Counted from the stretch's first letter, positions 10,120 to 19,407 are shown. The stretch: 64,000 nucleotides of DNA from Bacteroidota bacterium (GCA_041178485.1 JBEGVI010000103.1:10781-74780), one strand, 5' to 3'. The notes: generated from the sequence alone by a model not told the origin. Made by a program: numbers and translations.

Positions 10120-10761
10120 TTATAGGTATAGCGTTTTTGAATAATGAAAACCATGGTCATCGCCCAATGTGGTTAGAACAAACCCTGCCCCAAGTTCTTC
10201 GCATCGTTGATCGATGAGTTCCAGACATTTTTTAGAATTTTCCAAGTCTAAGTGAGAAAATGGTTCATCCATAATTAGCAATTCGAAGGGCTGACAGAGG
10301 GAACGAATAATCGCTACACGCTGCTGTTGTCCCATGGAAAGGAATTTACACCGCTGCTCCCATTTTTCTCCGATTCCGAGAATTTCCAACATTTCCTTCA
10401 ACTGTTTTTCGGAGTAGATTCCGGTCAGGTCATTTTTGATTTTGAGGTTTTCTGATACTGCTAATTCTGGAAAGAGCTGAAGGTCCTGAAACACAACAGA
10501 AACTCTATTTTGTCTGATTTCAGTCCATTCATCTGCGTTGAAAGAGCGAATATCCCTTCCATCGTAGTCAATGGTACCGCTGTAATCCGAACGCAGGCCA
10601 ACCGCACAAAAGGTAAAGGTAGATTTTCCTTTTCCACTCGAGGCGTTCAGCAGAATTTTTTCACCCCGGGCAAACTCTGCCATGTGTCCCCAGATGCTTT
10701 GTGCTCCGTGTGAGATGGAACTCAGAGGTTCAGGCATTACCTGTTTAAAAGAAATCTTCAT
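10120..10761 (-). CDS. ABC transporter ATP-binding protein
   Basis: Walker A SSGKGKST, signature LSMGQQQR, Walker B LLIMDEPFSHLD. Confidence 0.8.
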   Translation of the reverse strand: MKISFKQVMPEPLSSISHGAQSIWGHMAEFARGEKILLNASSGKGKSTFTFCAVGLRSDYSGTIDYDGRDIRSFNADEWTEIRQNRVSVVFQDLQLFPELAVSENLKIKNDLTGIYSEKQLKEMLEILGIGEKWEQRCKFLSMGQQQRVAIIRSLCQPFELLIMDEPFSHLDLENSKKCLELIDQRCEELGAGFVLTTLGDDHGFHYSKTLYL

Positions 10762-10800
10762 GGCGAATTTTTTTTCGAACTTTTCAAGAATCGTTCCAAT

Positions 10801-11721
10801 TCATGGAAACCTGCTGTTTACTGCATCAAGTACGGCTTTTTTCATTTGATCAAAAGATAAAAAGGGGATTGCCATACTTTCGGGATTTCTCCTAAACCAG
10901 GTTTCCTGTCTCTTTGCATAGTTTCTTGTGTGCTGTTTGATCAGAGCAACAGCACGAGTCAAGTCAGTTTTTCCCTCATGGAAATCAAAAAGTTCAGAGT
11001 ATCCCACGGTTCTCAATGCATTGAGGTGCCTCAAGCTGTATAAATTTTTTGTTTCCTCCAACAAACCTGCATCCATCATGGCGTCCACTCTCTCATTGAT
11101 ACGGGTGTACAAATTTTCCCGGAGGTGCTCAATTCTGAAACGTATAATTTCAAAGTCAGGTGTTTTTGAGGTTTTACCGAGAAAGGAGGAGTATGTTTTC
11201 CCTGTAAGCCTGACAACTTCCAGTGCACGTATCACCCGCATGGGATTGTTTTTGTCAATTCTGGCGAAATGTTCAGGATCTTTAAGCTCAAGTTCCTTTA
11301 GCAGTGAAGAAAGTCCGTCTTTCTGCCATTCTTCGGTTAAAAGTTGTCTGTGCTGCTCGGATACCGGGACATTGTCAAGTCCTTTACAAAGCGCATCAAT
11401 ATACATTCCTGAGCCGCCTGTGAGCAGCACAATTTCGCGTTCTTTGAATTGATCTGTAAGAATCTTTTCCGCCTCCTGACAATACCTTCCTGAGGTTAGT
11501 TCATCGTGTATGGAATGTGATCCAATGAAATAATGTTTCACTCCTTTCAGTTCTTCTGCTGTAGGCCGGGCAGTACCGATGAACATTTCTTTGTAAAACT
11601 GACGAGAATCTGCGGAGAGCACGCAAGTATTCAAAGCAAGTGCCAGCTCTACGGAAAGTGTAGTTTTTCCTGAAGCCGTTGGACCCTCTATGACAACGAG
11701 TAATTTGATTTTAAGATGAAT
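10801..11721 (-). CDS. miaA: tRNA dimethylallyltransferase; start codon unresolved
   Basis: The ORF-track product matches the MiaA core. The MiaA P-loop GPTASGKTT is encoded in frame at about 11665-11691, upstream of the first canonical start (TTG 11634). The frame is open back to the TAA at 11722-11724. Only ATT/ATC/ATA codons precede the P-loop. Confidence 0.8.
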   Translation of the reverse strand: MHLKIKLLVVIEGPTASGKTTLSVELALALNTCVLSADSRQFYKEMFIGTARPTAEELKGVKHYFIGSHSIHDELTSGRYCQEAEKILTDQFKEREIVLLTGGSGMYIDALCKGLDNVPVSEQHRQLLTEEWQKDGLSSLLKELELKDPEHFARIDKNNPMRVIRALEVVRLTGKTYSSFLGKTSKTPDFEIIRFRIEHLRENLYTRINERVDAMMDAGLLEETKNLYSLRHLNALRTVGYSELFDFHEGKTDLTRAVALIKQHTRNYAKRQETWFRRNPESMAIPFLSFDQMKKAVLDAVNSRFP

Positions 11722-11726
11722 TTATG

Positions 11727-11734
11727 CAAAGGTA
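11727..11734 (-). promoter_or_regulatory. -7 box (tacctttg) immediately upstream of the miaA reading frame
   Basis: Exact match. It starts 3 nt after the stop of the MltF-like gene and ends 5 nt before the first sense codon (ATT) of the miaA frame. Confidence 0.5.
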
Positions 11735-11737
11735 AAC

Positions 11738-13153
11738 TTACTTGTACACAGTTTTCCATTCGAGGTAGCGTTTGTAGATGCTGCGGACGTAGTTATAGGT
11801 TCGAGTTCCTCTAAGTGCTCCGTTTTTCACGACAGGGTCGCGGTAGTATTTTGCCTGAGAAAGATTGAGCATCATTACTTCTACGTTGTCATCCCATTTT
11901 AGAGGGTCCAGGCCATATTTTTTTGCCAGACGTTGCGCATCTTCCACGTGACTCCTTCCCGCGTTGTACGTAGCGAGCGTAAACTTTTCCCGTTGCACAC
12001 GGTCGGGAATAGAAGACCATGAACGGAAATCTTTTGATAGTTTCAGCATTCCGCCATTGATTTGTTGTTCCGGACTTGACGTTGGATAGACACCATACAG
12101 GGGACCGATACTCGGCATAAACTGCATCATTCCGAATGCTCCACCAAAGCCTTGAACATTCGGATTGAAACGGGATTCTTTATAGGCCACCGAAGCCAGT
12201 AAAAGCCAATCCCAGTTGTGACGGGCAGCTGCGCTTTTAAAAGCCAGGTCATAACTGGAGAGTCTGCCATTTCGGAAATTTACTACGTAATCGGTCGATT
12301 TAGAAGGAAGGTATTTCAGTTCGAAATACTTTGAATTCAGGTATCCAAAAACATTTCGCGAGGTGAATTGCTTCAGCCAGCGGTCAATTCTGCTCTTCAG
12401 GAGAGGACTGTTCTTTCTCATTCCGAAGGCTATTTTTTGTTTAACAGAAACAGGGGTTGAAATGTCGAGGTTATCGAAAAAAAGCTTGTTGAGTTTTGCA
12501 ACATTTTCCTCTGCTACAGTATAATCGATGACTCCTTTCGATACCATCTCAATGAGTTCTTCTGAACTTACCTGTCCTTCTTGCTCGGAAATGTATATGG
12601 TATCACCAATTTCTTCCTGCAAGTTCTCCAGACGCATGCAATAACTCGAATTCTTCCAGACATGAACAGATTGTCGCGCTAATTCATTTGGGTCACGTAT
12701 CAATTTGCTTACCAATACTTTGCCTTTGGATTTTCGTTGAATCAATACTTGCGGAACACGCAAAAATGGCAACGAGAAGTCTATTTTACGCGTTCGGTCT
12801 TTGGTAATAGCATAGTTGCATGCGACCAGATCACCCTCTCCTTCATTCAACATTCTTGTGAGGTCATCGAGATTTGTGACAATTTTAATTTCGAGTTCAA
12901 CACCGAGTTCACGACAGAATTCTTTGAGGATTTCGTATTCAAAACCCATTCGCTTTCCTCGGTAAATGAAAAATGACGTGGAACTGTTTTCAGCGAGTAC
13001 GGTCAATTTCCCTTTCTGGAGGATTTCCGGTAAATCTATGTTTACTGCTGCTCCTTCGAATTTTTCCAGTTCTTCACGTGAGTTGCATGACGTTAGAAGC
13101 AAAACGAATGATAAGCAAAAGATTTTGAAAATGTATGTAGGTTTTATCGGCAT
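11738..13153 (-). CDS. MltF-like lytic transglycosylase (solute-binding-like domain fused to SLT domain)
   Basis: Lipoprotein-like signal (LLTSC). N-terminal periplasmic-binding-protein-like half. C-terminal SLT motifs AYKESRFNP and ATYNAG. Confidence 0.85.
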   Translation of the reverse strand: MPIKPTYIFKIFCLSFVLLLTSCNSREELEKFEGAAVNIDLPEILQKGKLTVLAENSSTSFFIYRGKRMGFEYEILKEFCRELGVELEIKIVTNLDDLTRMLNEGEGDLVACNYAITKDRTRKIDFSLPFLRVPQVLIQRKSKGKVLVSKLIRDPNELARQSVHVWKNSSYCMRLENLQEEIGDTIYISEQEGQVSSEELIEMVSKGVIDYTVAEENVAKLNKLFFDNLDISTPVSVKQKIAFGMRKNSPLLKSRIDRWLKQFTSRNVFGYLNSKYFELKYLPSKSTDYVVNFRNGRLSSYDLAFKSAAARHNWDWLLLASVAYKESRFNPNVQGFGGAFGMMQFMPSIGPLYGVYPTSSPEQQINGGMLKLSKDFRSWSSIPDRVQREKFTLATYNAGRSHVEDAQRLAKKYGLDPLKWDDNVEVMMLNLSQAKYYRDPVVKNGALRGTRTYNYVRSIYKRYLEWKTVYK

Positions 13154-13196
13154 TGGCTGATCAAACAGTGCGGAAATTTACAAAAAAATGACCAAG

Positions 13197-13772
13197 TCAG
13201 GCAGAAAGAAGGAATTCCTGGGTTGCGGAGGTCATGAACTCCCGGAATGCCGCAGTGATTATGTCTTCTCTTTTAAGAAAAACTGTTGGAGCGTTTTTGA
13301 GATTGTTTTCAAATGATAGCCGGGCCGAAACACCCTCACAAAGTCGTTCGAGACCGAATGACGTCGGATAGTGGTCGATCCATTTATGCGTTCTTAACCG
13401 ATGAATAAATCGTTTGAAATCTTCCGGGTAATGTTCCCAGAGTGCCGGAGCGTACGTGTAGAATTTTTCAAGAAAATCGGTGTAGCGGAGTTTTGAATAG
13501 TTTTCCCATTCTTTTGCAAGAAGGTGGTCGTAGAATAAATCGATTGCGATAGGTGCAACCTTGGGAAGTTGCTCATACAGCTGTCTTTTTAAATTGACTG
13601 TGGATTCATGCGTGTCGATAAAGTGATCGATGCGTCTGTGCAAGAGAATTCCTTCAGCGATTTTTTTTGGAAATTGTTCAAAGTTTCTGCCTTTTACGCT
13701 GTCGCCAAATAAATTGGCATACATCAACTCTACGTCATTGTCGGAAAAATAGAGATGGCCTAGAAGGTTCAT
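13197..13772 (-). CDS. acpH: acyl carrier protein phosphodiesterase
   Basis: N-terminus MNLLGHLYFS...LHRRIDHFIDTH...APIAIDLFYDH closely parallels E. coli AcpH (MNFLAHLHLA...HRRID...). Confidence 0.7.
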   Translation of the reverse strand: MNLLGHLYFSDNDVELMYANLFGDSVKGRNFEQFPKKIAEGILLHRRIDHFIDTHESTVNLKRQLYEQLPKVAPIAIDLFYDHLLAKEWENYSKLRYTDFLEKFYTYAPALWEHYPEDFKRFIHRLRTHKWIDHYPTSFGLERLCEGVSARLSFENNLKNAPTVFLKREDIITAAFREFMTSATQEFLLSA

Positions 13773-13800
13773 AATAAAAAAGGACCCCGAGGGATCCTTT
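13771..13800 (-). terminator. terminator-like hairpin after the DUF2795 gene
   Basis: A 9-bp stem with one bulge (13779-13787 with 13791-13800). T-rich on both flanks. Confidence 0.5.
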
Positions 13801-13805
13801 CCTTT

Positions 13806-14027
13806 TTAATATTCATCTTCGTTGAATAGAAAATCCTCTCTCGATGGATAGTCCGGCCAAATTTCCTCGATGCTTTCATACACATCTCCTTCGTCTTCCA
13901 GATCCTGAAGGTTTTCTACAACCTCAAGAGGCGCTCCTGTCCTAATGGCAAAATCAATCAACTCATCCTTTGCTGCGGGCCATGGTGCATCTTCAAGGTA
14001 GGATGCAAGTTCTAATGTCCAGTACAT
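13806..14027 (-). CDS. DUF2795-like small acidic protein (73 aa)
   Basis: Pattern WPAAKDELIDFAIRTGAP..VVENL is typical of DUF2795. It has its own promoter box and a downstream hairpin. Confidence 0.6.
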   Translation of the reverse strand: MYWTLELASYLEDAPWPAAKDELIDFAIRTGAPLEVVENLQDLEDEGDVYESIEEIWPDYPSREDFLFNEDEY

Positions 14028-14058
14028 TTTCCTCTTATTTAGTGGGGTTTATTTTCCG

Positions 14059-14066
14059 CAAAAATA
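14059..14066 (-). promoter_or_regulatory. -7 box (tatttttg) with upstream TTG, upstream of the DUF2795 gene
   Basis: Exact match, 31 nt before ATG 14027. A TTG at 14086-14088 (minus strand) lies 19 nt upstream, giving a -33-like spacing. Confidence 0.55.
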
Positions 14067-14126
14067 TACTTTATTTAAAATTTTCCAAATTTGTTTTTCT
14101 GAACCTCAAAAAAGAGTTTTCAACAC

Positions 14127-14675
14127 TTACATTCTTGGCTTCCAAGGTTGCTCTTGTGCATTCGTGTCTTTGGCCAGTTGTCGGCTGAGAACAAAGAGGT
14201 AATCACTCAGTCTGTTCATGTAGGAAATGACTAATGGAGCAACGAATTCATTTTGTGACAGGTCAACAATAATTCTCTCTGCGCGACGGCACACACATCG
14301 TGCTACGTGACAAAACGAAACTGCTGGATGTCCACCCGGCAGCACAAAGAACCGCATTTCAGGCAATCCTGCGTCCATTTCGTCCACCCAGCTTTCCAAC
14401 AGTTGAATGTCAGATTCATGAAGGTCGGGTATTTTCATGTTTGATTTTTCCGGATCTGAAGCTAAACTTGAACCAATTGTAAAGAGTCTGTCCTGGATTT
14501 CGATAAGTTGAGTGCTATATTTTTGATGAATACTTTGGTCACGGACAACGCCGATGTAGGAGTTTAATTCATCGATGGTTCCGTAAGATTCTATGCGCAA
14601 TGAACTCTTTGATACCCTTGTTCCGCCGATCAATCCTGTCGTGCCGGTATCTCCCTTTTTTGTGTATATTTTCAT
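14127..14675 (-). CDS. PduO-type ATP:cob(I)alamin adenosyltransferase
   Basis: N-terminus MKIYTKKGDTGTTGL and a length of 182 aa are typical of the PduO/MMAB family. Confidence 0.85.
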   Translation of the reverse strand: MKIYTKKGDTGTTGLIGGTRVSKSSLRIESYGTIDELNSYIGVVRDQSIHQKYSTQLIEIQDRLFTIGSSLASDPEKSNMKIPDLHESDIQLLESWVDEMDAGLPEMRFFVLPGGHPAVSFCHVARCVCRRAERIIVDLSQNEFVAPLVISYMNRLSDYLFVLSRQLAKDTNAQEQPWKPRM

Positions 14676-16357
14676 GCTGTATTAAGTTTTTCTTTAAGCT
14701 CGGCGATTCGTGCTTTTTTGCCCTGAATGCGAATGTTTTTGGCAGTATCTGTAAAATACCTGTGGTGCTCAGTCATGTAATGGTATTGAAATGCTATCCA
14801 TTCGTTGTCTGTCATGACCGTTCCAAAATTTTCCAGTTCTTGCCTCAATTTTGATGCTATCTGATAATAATCCGCTCTGCCAAGGTAATCATGGTCTGCG
14901 TCACACATGATTTTTTGCAGCAGATCTTGAGGTGCATTGCCACTGGAAGTTGCCAGAATGATGTTTTGAATTATTTTTATTTGATCCTGAGAATACCCAA
15001 ATTTTGGCAGTTTGTCTCCTGCCATTTTTATTGCGAATGGCTCATTATGATCGGGTTGCAGTATGAAACCTGCATCATGATACAGAACTGCGGTGCGCAA
15101 AAGAACGATAGAAGCCTCATCTACACCTTCAAGTCTCGCATACCGAATCGCAGCCTTTTCTACATTGAGCGTGTGGTTGACGTCATGGTAAACTACATCT
15201 TCAGGAAGCAAGGCTTTCAAGTGATTGATTATATCTTTTCGCATGTGCTCAAAATCGATTGGGCTCAGACCGCACATTTTTCGGATTTCCACATTGGCGA
15301 ATCTTCCTTCACCGTACATAGAAAATTCCTTTTTGAGAAGTTCCAGGTAATACATGTTTATTTGGCCCCCACGTTTGTGAATGTTCACTAATCCAGTAGG
15401 ATTAAGAAGGGTAAATGCCTCCAATTCTGAAGCTACAGGTTCTGTGATCAATATAGATCCGGCTTTTGATGACTGTTCGGCACGCGCTGCAATGTTGACA
15501 GTATCGCCCCAAACGTCAAAACTCATTTTTTGTGAACCTATAATTCCCGCTACTAGAGGTCCCATGTGTATACCAATCCTCATTTCCCAAAACTCTTTGT
15601 TCAGCGCTATTGATAGCTGCTTTTCATTGAGAATAAAATCTCTCATTTCGATTGCAGCCAGAGCCGCTCTCATTGCGGGATGTGGAAGGTCCTCTGTGAC
15701 TCCAGCAATTGCCATGTAGGCGTCTCCGATTGTTTTAACTTTTTCGAGCTTGTAGCGGTGAATAATCTCGTCAAACTGGGTGAAATAATAATCCAGTTTT
15801 TTCAATAAAGCAATCGGTTTCATATTCCGAGCTTTAGAAGAGAACTCAATAAAATCGGTAAACAACACTACTCCGTTTTCAACTCTTTTTGGAGAAAATT
15901 TATTGTACAGATTCAGATCCTCCAATACATTTCTTGGAAGAATATTGTTGAGCAATTGATTGATTCGCTGATCCTTGTAAAAAAGTGTCTTGAAAACATC
16001 GATCTTGGCTTTGATCAAATTGGGGTTGAATGGGATTGTGATGTAATCAACTGCTCCCTCATGAAGTCCTTTTACGAGTTTAACGGCGGAGGCGGAATTC
16101 TGGGTTATGACAAGCTTATACATTGACCGTTGGGAACTCATCTCTTTCAGAGAGTGAAGAAGTTCTAATCCTCCGAACTCCGGGTCGTCAATGTTGATGA
16201 GCAAAATCCCAATTTCTTTCTGCTGAATGATTGGAAGGGCTTGTTCAATATGATCCGCAAACAGTACATTGTTCCCGCCACCGGAAAGAATTGCCTTCAA
16301 TCCTTTCTGATTTTTGGGATCTGCATCAATGATCAGGATATTTATAAACCGTTCCAC
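14672..16357 (-). CDS. response-regulator receiver, class III adenylate/guanylate cyclase and HD-domain fusion protein
   Basis: REC: IIDAD and NIDD acidic residues. Cyclase: LFTDF, KTIGDAYM, DVWGDTVNIAARAE. HD: NH...LYHDAG...CDADHD. GTG start. The stop overlaps the downstream ATG (ATGA). Confidence 0.8.
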   Translation of the reverse strand: MERFINILIIDADPKNQKGLKAILSGGGNNVLFADHIEQALPIIQQKEIGILLINIDDPEFGGLELLHSLKEMSSQRSMYKLVITQNSASAVKLVKGLHEGAVDYITIPFNPNLIKAKIDVFKTLFYKDQRINQLLNNILPRNVLEDLNLYNKFSPKRVENGVVLFTDFIEFSSKARNMKPIALLKKLDYYFTQFDEIIHRYKLEKVKTIGDAYMAIAGVTEDLPHPAMRAALAAIEMRDFILNEKQLSIALNKEFWEMRIGIHMGPLVAGIIGSQKMSFDVWGDTVNIAARAEQSSKAGSILITEPVASELEAFTLLNPTGLVNIHKRGGQINMYYLELLKKEFSMYGEGRFANVEIRKMCGLSPIDFEHMRKDIINHLKALLPEDVVYHDVNHTLNVEKAAIRYARLEGVDEASIVLLRTAVLYHDAGFILQPDHNEPFAIKMAGDKLPKFGYSQDQIKIIQNIILATSSGNAPQDLLQKIMCDADHDYLGRADYYQIASKLRQELENFGTVMTDNEWIAFQYHYMTEHHRYFTDTAKNIRIQGKKARIAELKEKLNTA

Positions 16358-16432
16358 TTAATAGATTCTACCACTAATGTAAGGAAAGCCTTTGGAATAA
16401 ACTGTTCGAGGAATAAATTCGTGTATATCTAT

Positions 16433-17650
16433 TTAAAGACTTGAAATTGCTTCCTCGATATTCAGTTCTATTTTAAAATGGTCCAAGATTTTTCTGAGTA
16501 CCCTGTCTACAACAGCGTCGGGACAAGAGGCTCCTGAAGTAACTATTATCCGAATCGGAGAATTTTTTCCTTCAAAAGGATCAGCTGTACTGATTGTATG
16601 TGAATGAATATCGAAGCTGTTCAGTTTTCCGTCGTCTGATATGTCTTTATCTGAGCGGATGAAATAGGTTGGAAATTTCTGTTCGAGTAATTCTACAAGG
16701 TGCGTGGTGTTTGAACTGTTGTGACCTCCAATTACTACTGCGAAATCGGCCTCTATTTCCATTAACCCGTAGGTGGCAGACTGGTTGTCATTGGTGGCGT
16801 AACAAAGGGTGTCTCTCGTGTCCGCAATGTGATTCCGAATTGCGGCTTCTCCATAACGTTCAATCATAACTGTCCGGAGATAGTTCGTTATTTCTAAGGT
16901 GTCTGATGCCAACATAGTGGTTTGATTGACCACGCCAATTTTTTGTAAGTCTTTTTCCGGATCGAATCCTTCGGATAATTTTCCCTCAAAAAAACTTAGG
17001 AACTGTTCTTTGGGCACATTCCCATAAATGTATTCTCCAAGGAATATGGCTTCGCTCAAGTCCTTAATGATCAGGGAAGGAGCATTTTTATCGCTGTGAG
17101 AAAAAGTTGCTCTTGTCTCCTCGTGATTGTATTTTCCATGAATGATGATCGTATGGCCGTCTGCGCCAAGTTTTTCAGAACGGTTCCATACTTTCTCAAC
17201 AAACGGACATGTCGTATTGTAACGTTCTACATTCACTCCGATATCTTCAAGTTTTGAGGCAATTTCAAGCGTCGTTCCAAAGGCTGGAATGATGACAATA
17301 TCTTCTGCAGTCAATTCTGACCAGTCGATTATTTGATTTCCTTTCGTATCCTGAATGAATTTAAGAGCATGAGAGAGTAGGTCTTCATTGACCTCAGGAT
17401 TGTGAATCATCTGGCTAAGAAGAAAAATTCGTTTGTCCGGATTTTCCTGTATCGCACGGTAAGAGATCTCAATTGCATTTTCAACCCCGTAACAAAACCC
17501 GAAATGGCGTGCAAGAATGAATTTAACCTGTCCGAAATCGATTATGCTTGGAGTAAAATCCTTCTTTCTGGGATCATGTAATTTTCGTTGCGCCTTGACT
17601 TTTGCAATAATGGGCGAACGATAGAATTCAGGGATTTCGAATTGTTTCAT
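16433..17650 (-). CDS. ispH: 4-hydroxy-3-methylbut-2-enyl diphosphate reductase (long form, 405 aa)
   Basis: Three cluster cysteines in conserved context (GFCYGV, TTCPFV, TLCYATN) and the HNSSNT motif. Confidence 0.85.
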   Translation of the reverse strand: MKQFEIPEFYRSPIIAKVKAQRKLHDPRKKDFTPSIIDFGQVKFILARHFGFCYGVENAIEISYRAIQENPDKRIFLLSQMIHNPEVNEDLLSHALKFIQDTKGNQIIDWSELTAEDIVIIPAFGTTLEIASKLEDIGVNVERYNTTCPFVEKVWNRSEKLGADGHTIIIHGKYNHEETRATFSHSDKNAPSLIIKDLSEAIFLGEYIYGNVPKEQFLSFFEGKLSEGFDPEKDLQKIGVVNQTTMLASDTLEITNYLRTVMIERYGEAAIRNHIADTRDTLCYATNDNQSATYGLMEIEADFAVVIGGHNSSNTTHLVELLEQKFPTYFIRSDKDISDDGKLNSFDIHSHTISTADPFEGKNSPIRIIVTSGASCPDAVVDRVLRKILDHFKIELNIEEAISSL

Positions 17651-17664
17651 GAATGTAGTTCCTG

Positions 17665-17672
17665 CAAAGATA
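17665..17672 (-). promoter_or_regulatory. -7 box (tatctttg) upstream of ispH
   Basis: Exact match, 14 nt before ATG 17650. Confidence 0.55.
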
Positions 17673-17696
17673 ACAGTTCAATGAAATGAAAGTTTA

Positions 17697-17721
17697 AAAC
17701 CCCGAACATTGTCCGGGGTTT
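17697..17721 (-). terminator. terminator-like hairpin after the DUF4139 gene
   Basis: Stem aaaccccg/cggggttt with a 9-nt loop. Confidence 0.5.
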
Positions 17722-17730
17722 CGTTTTGGA

Positions 17731-19407
17731 TCAATTCAGGTAGATGCCCTGTTTGTCTTTGTTATATTTCACTTTGTAACCGAAAGGAATTGTTTTGGAC
17801 TCTTTAGGTTTAAGGTCGAACTTCCATTCTATGAGTCCCGTAGATGGAGTGATTTCACCCTTGCTCAGTTCAAGTGATTCGATGAGAATATCTGCATTTT
17901 GTGTAATCGGCAACTGATCCTGAATGACCAATTCGATGCCACTGGCTTTGAGGTTTTTCACTTCAATACTGAAGGACATGGTCTTCTCAATCTTGTCGCC
18001 AACGATCTTTTCTTTACAATCCTTTTTCATGAGCGTCCGTTTTACAATTATATTCGGATCTCTTCCCATGCTCAGATTTAAGGTGTCTTCCATGGTCGTC
18101 GGATCAATGTATGTTTCCCCGACATAGCTGCCATCAAAGAATATATTTGCCTGTGCAGGAACCAATCCGAGTTCATCCAGTTTGGATAGTTGGGCGACCA
18201 GATACACGGATGCATCCAGTTTAGGTACTGAATAGTATTTGTAATTCGCATCGAGGTCCGCCACTTTGATGAGTACCATGTGCTGTTCGTTATTGGATTT
18301 AATTGAATAGGGCAGGTCAATGCGAAATTCTGCAGAAGTCAGTTGACGAATCGTTTGAACGAACTGTGCCGATGTTTGACTGATTACCTCTTCATTTTGA
18401 TCCTCCAGGGTGTTTGAGTAGGCCATTCCTTTCTCTGCTTCAGCCTTTCTGGTAGCTGCAGCTTGCGGGATCGAATACATGTCGTTTTTGTATGCATAAA
18501 AGTCAACATACCAGGGGTGTAGTGTTGGTTTAGTTTTATTTTGGTAAGGATTGTTCGTAGAAATATTCAGTTTCACATTTTCCCAGTCCAGGCCACTGTT
18601 CTGGAAAACTTGCGCTTTATAGGTCAGGTTTATTTTGGATGTCAGACCGTCGCTTCTAAGGTCATACAATGGGACCCATCCTGCGTTTTGAATAAGGTAA
18701 GAGATGTTCATTTTGCCTGTTACGGCTTCTTTGGCTGAAACGGTGACAATCACACGGTGAACCGGTCCTGTTTCCTGAGGGTATGTCTCACTGTTTTCAT
18801 GTTGTTTCAATTTGAGCAGACGCTCATCCATTTTTCTTTTTTTCTCTTGTTTGTCTGATCTTTTTCTGAAGAGTACAGATAATTTTTTGTTGATTTCCAG
18901 CATTTTAGAGGCGTAGTAGTCTACGGTTTGCTTGAGTAGGTTAATAGAGTCGTTTACTTTGCCTTGTCCTTTCACAGCCCCGTTGTTTGACAGTATGTTT
19001 TTTGTCGCCGTGAGTACATCGATCTCATCTTGTAGGTCCTGAATGTCGTAGCTGATTTGTTTAATGGAATCCTCCAATACGCGTATTTCGTTCCTGATTT
19101 TAAGAGGAAGGCCTTCAAGATTTACCTCTTCCGGTTTTGGGTAAAAGATGCTGTGTTTCGAATCCAGGATAACCACGTTGCCCGTCGCTTTAACCTGAAG
19201 GCTCTTAGGATCAATGTATGGACTGATCCCTTCAATGATGATCTCTGTTATTCCGGGTTTTGCATTGTAAGATGCTTTTTGATAAAGTTGGGCACCCTGA
19301 GCATAAACCGTTACATCTGTAATGGTTGATTTGACGATTTCCTTGTCTCCGGCTTTGGAATAAAGGGCAGGAATGGATATGATTGCTGCAAGAATGAATG
19401 TTTTCAT
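17731..19407 (-). CDS. DUF4139/DUF4140 (MuiA-like) secreted protein
   Basis: Signal peptide. N-terminal VTVYAQGAQL pattern plus a central coiled coil, typical of the mucoidy-inhibitor MuiA-like family. Function unknown. Confidence 0.55.
   Translation of the reverse strand: MKTFILAAIISIPALYSKAGDKEIVKSTITDVTVYAQGAQLYQKASYNAKPGITEIIIEGISPYIDPKSLQVKATGNVVILDSKHSIFYPKPEEVNLEGLPLKIRNEIRVLEDSIKQISYDIQDLQDEIDVLTATKNILSNNGAVKGQGKVNDSINLLKQTVDYYASKMLEINKKLSVLFRKRSDKQEKKRKMDERLLKLKQHENSETYPQETGPVHRVIVTVSAKEAVTGKMNISYLIQNAGWVPLYDLRSDGLTSKINLTYKAQVFQNSGLDWENVKLNISTNNPYQNKTKPTLHPWYVDFYAYKNDMYSIPQAAATRKAEAEKGMAYSNTLEDQNEEVISQTSAQFVQTIRQLTSAEFRIDLPYSIKSNNEQHMVLIKVADLDANYKYYSVPKLDASVYLVAQLSKLDELGLVPAQANIFFDGSYVGETYIDPTTMEDTLNLSMGRDPNIIVKRTLMKKDCKEKIVGDKIEKTMSFSIEVKNLKASGIELVIQDQLPITQNADILIESLELSKGEITPSTGLIEWKFDLKPKESKTIPFGYKVKYNKDKQGIYLN

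Noticed and set aside
10928-11452. Long antisense or shadow ORFs in the six-frame track. Examples: 333-794, 10928-11452, 14891-15391, 15381-15719, 28033-28479, 37517-37888, 39472-39873, 54282-54749, 56588-56977, 61658-62146.
   Set aside because: Each lies entirely inside, and opposite to or out of frame with, an ORF carrying strong family motifs. Their products are low-complexity or Cys/Arg/Ser-rich with no recognisable motifs, as expected for non-coding frames.
14028-14126. Looked for a cobalamin riboswitch near the PduO-type gene, and for FMN or other riboswitches near ribH and ltaE.
   Set aside because: The upstream spaces are too short (2-100 nt). They show only promoter-like boxes, with no extended conserved structured leader that I can recognise.
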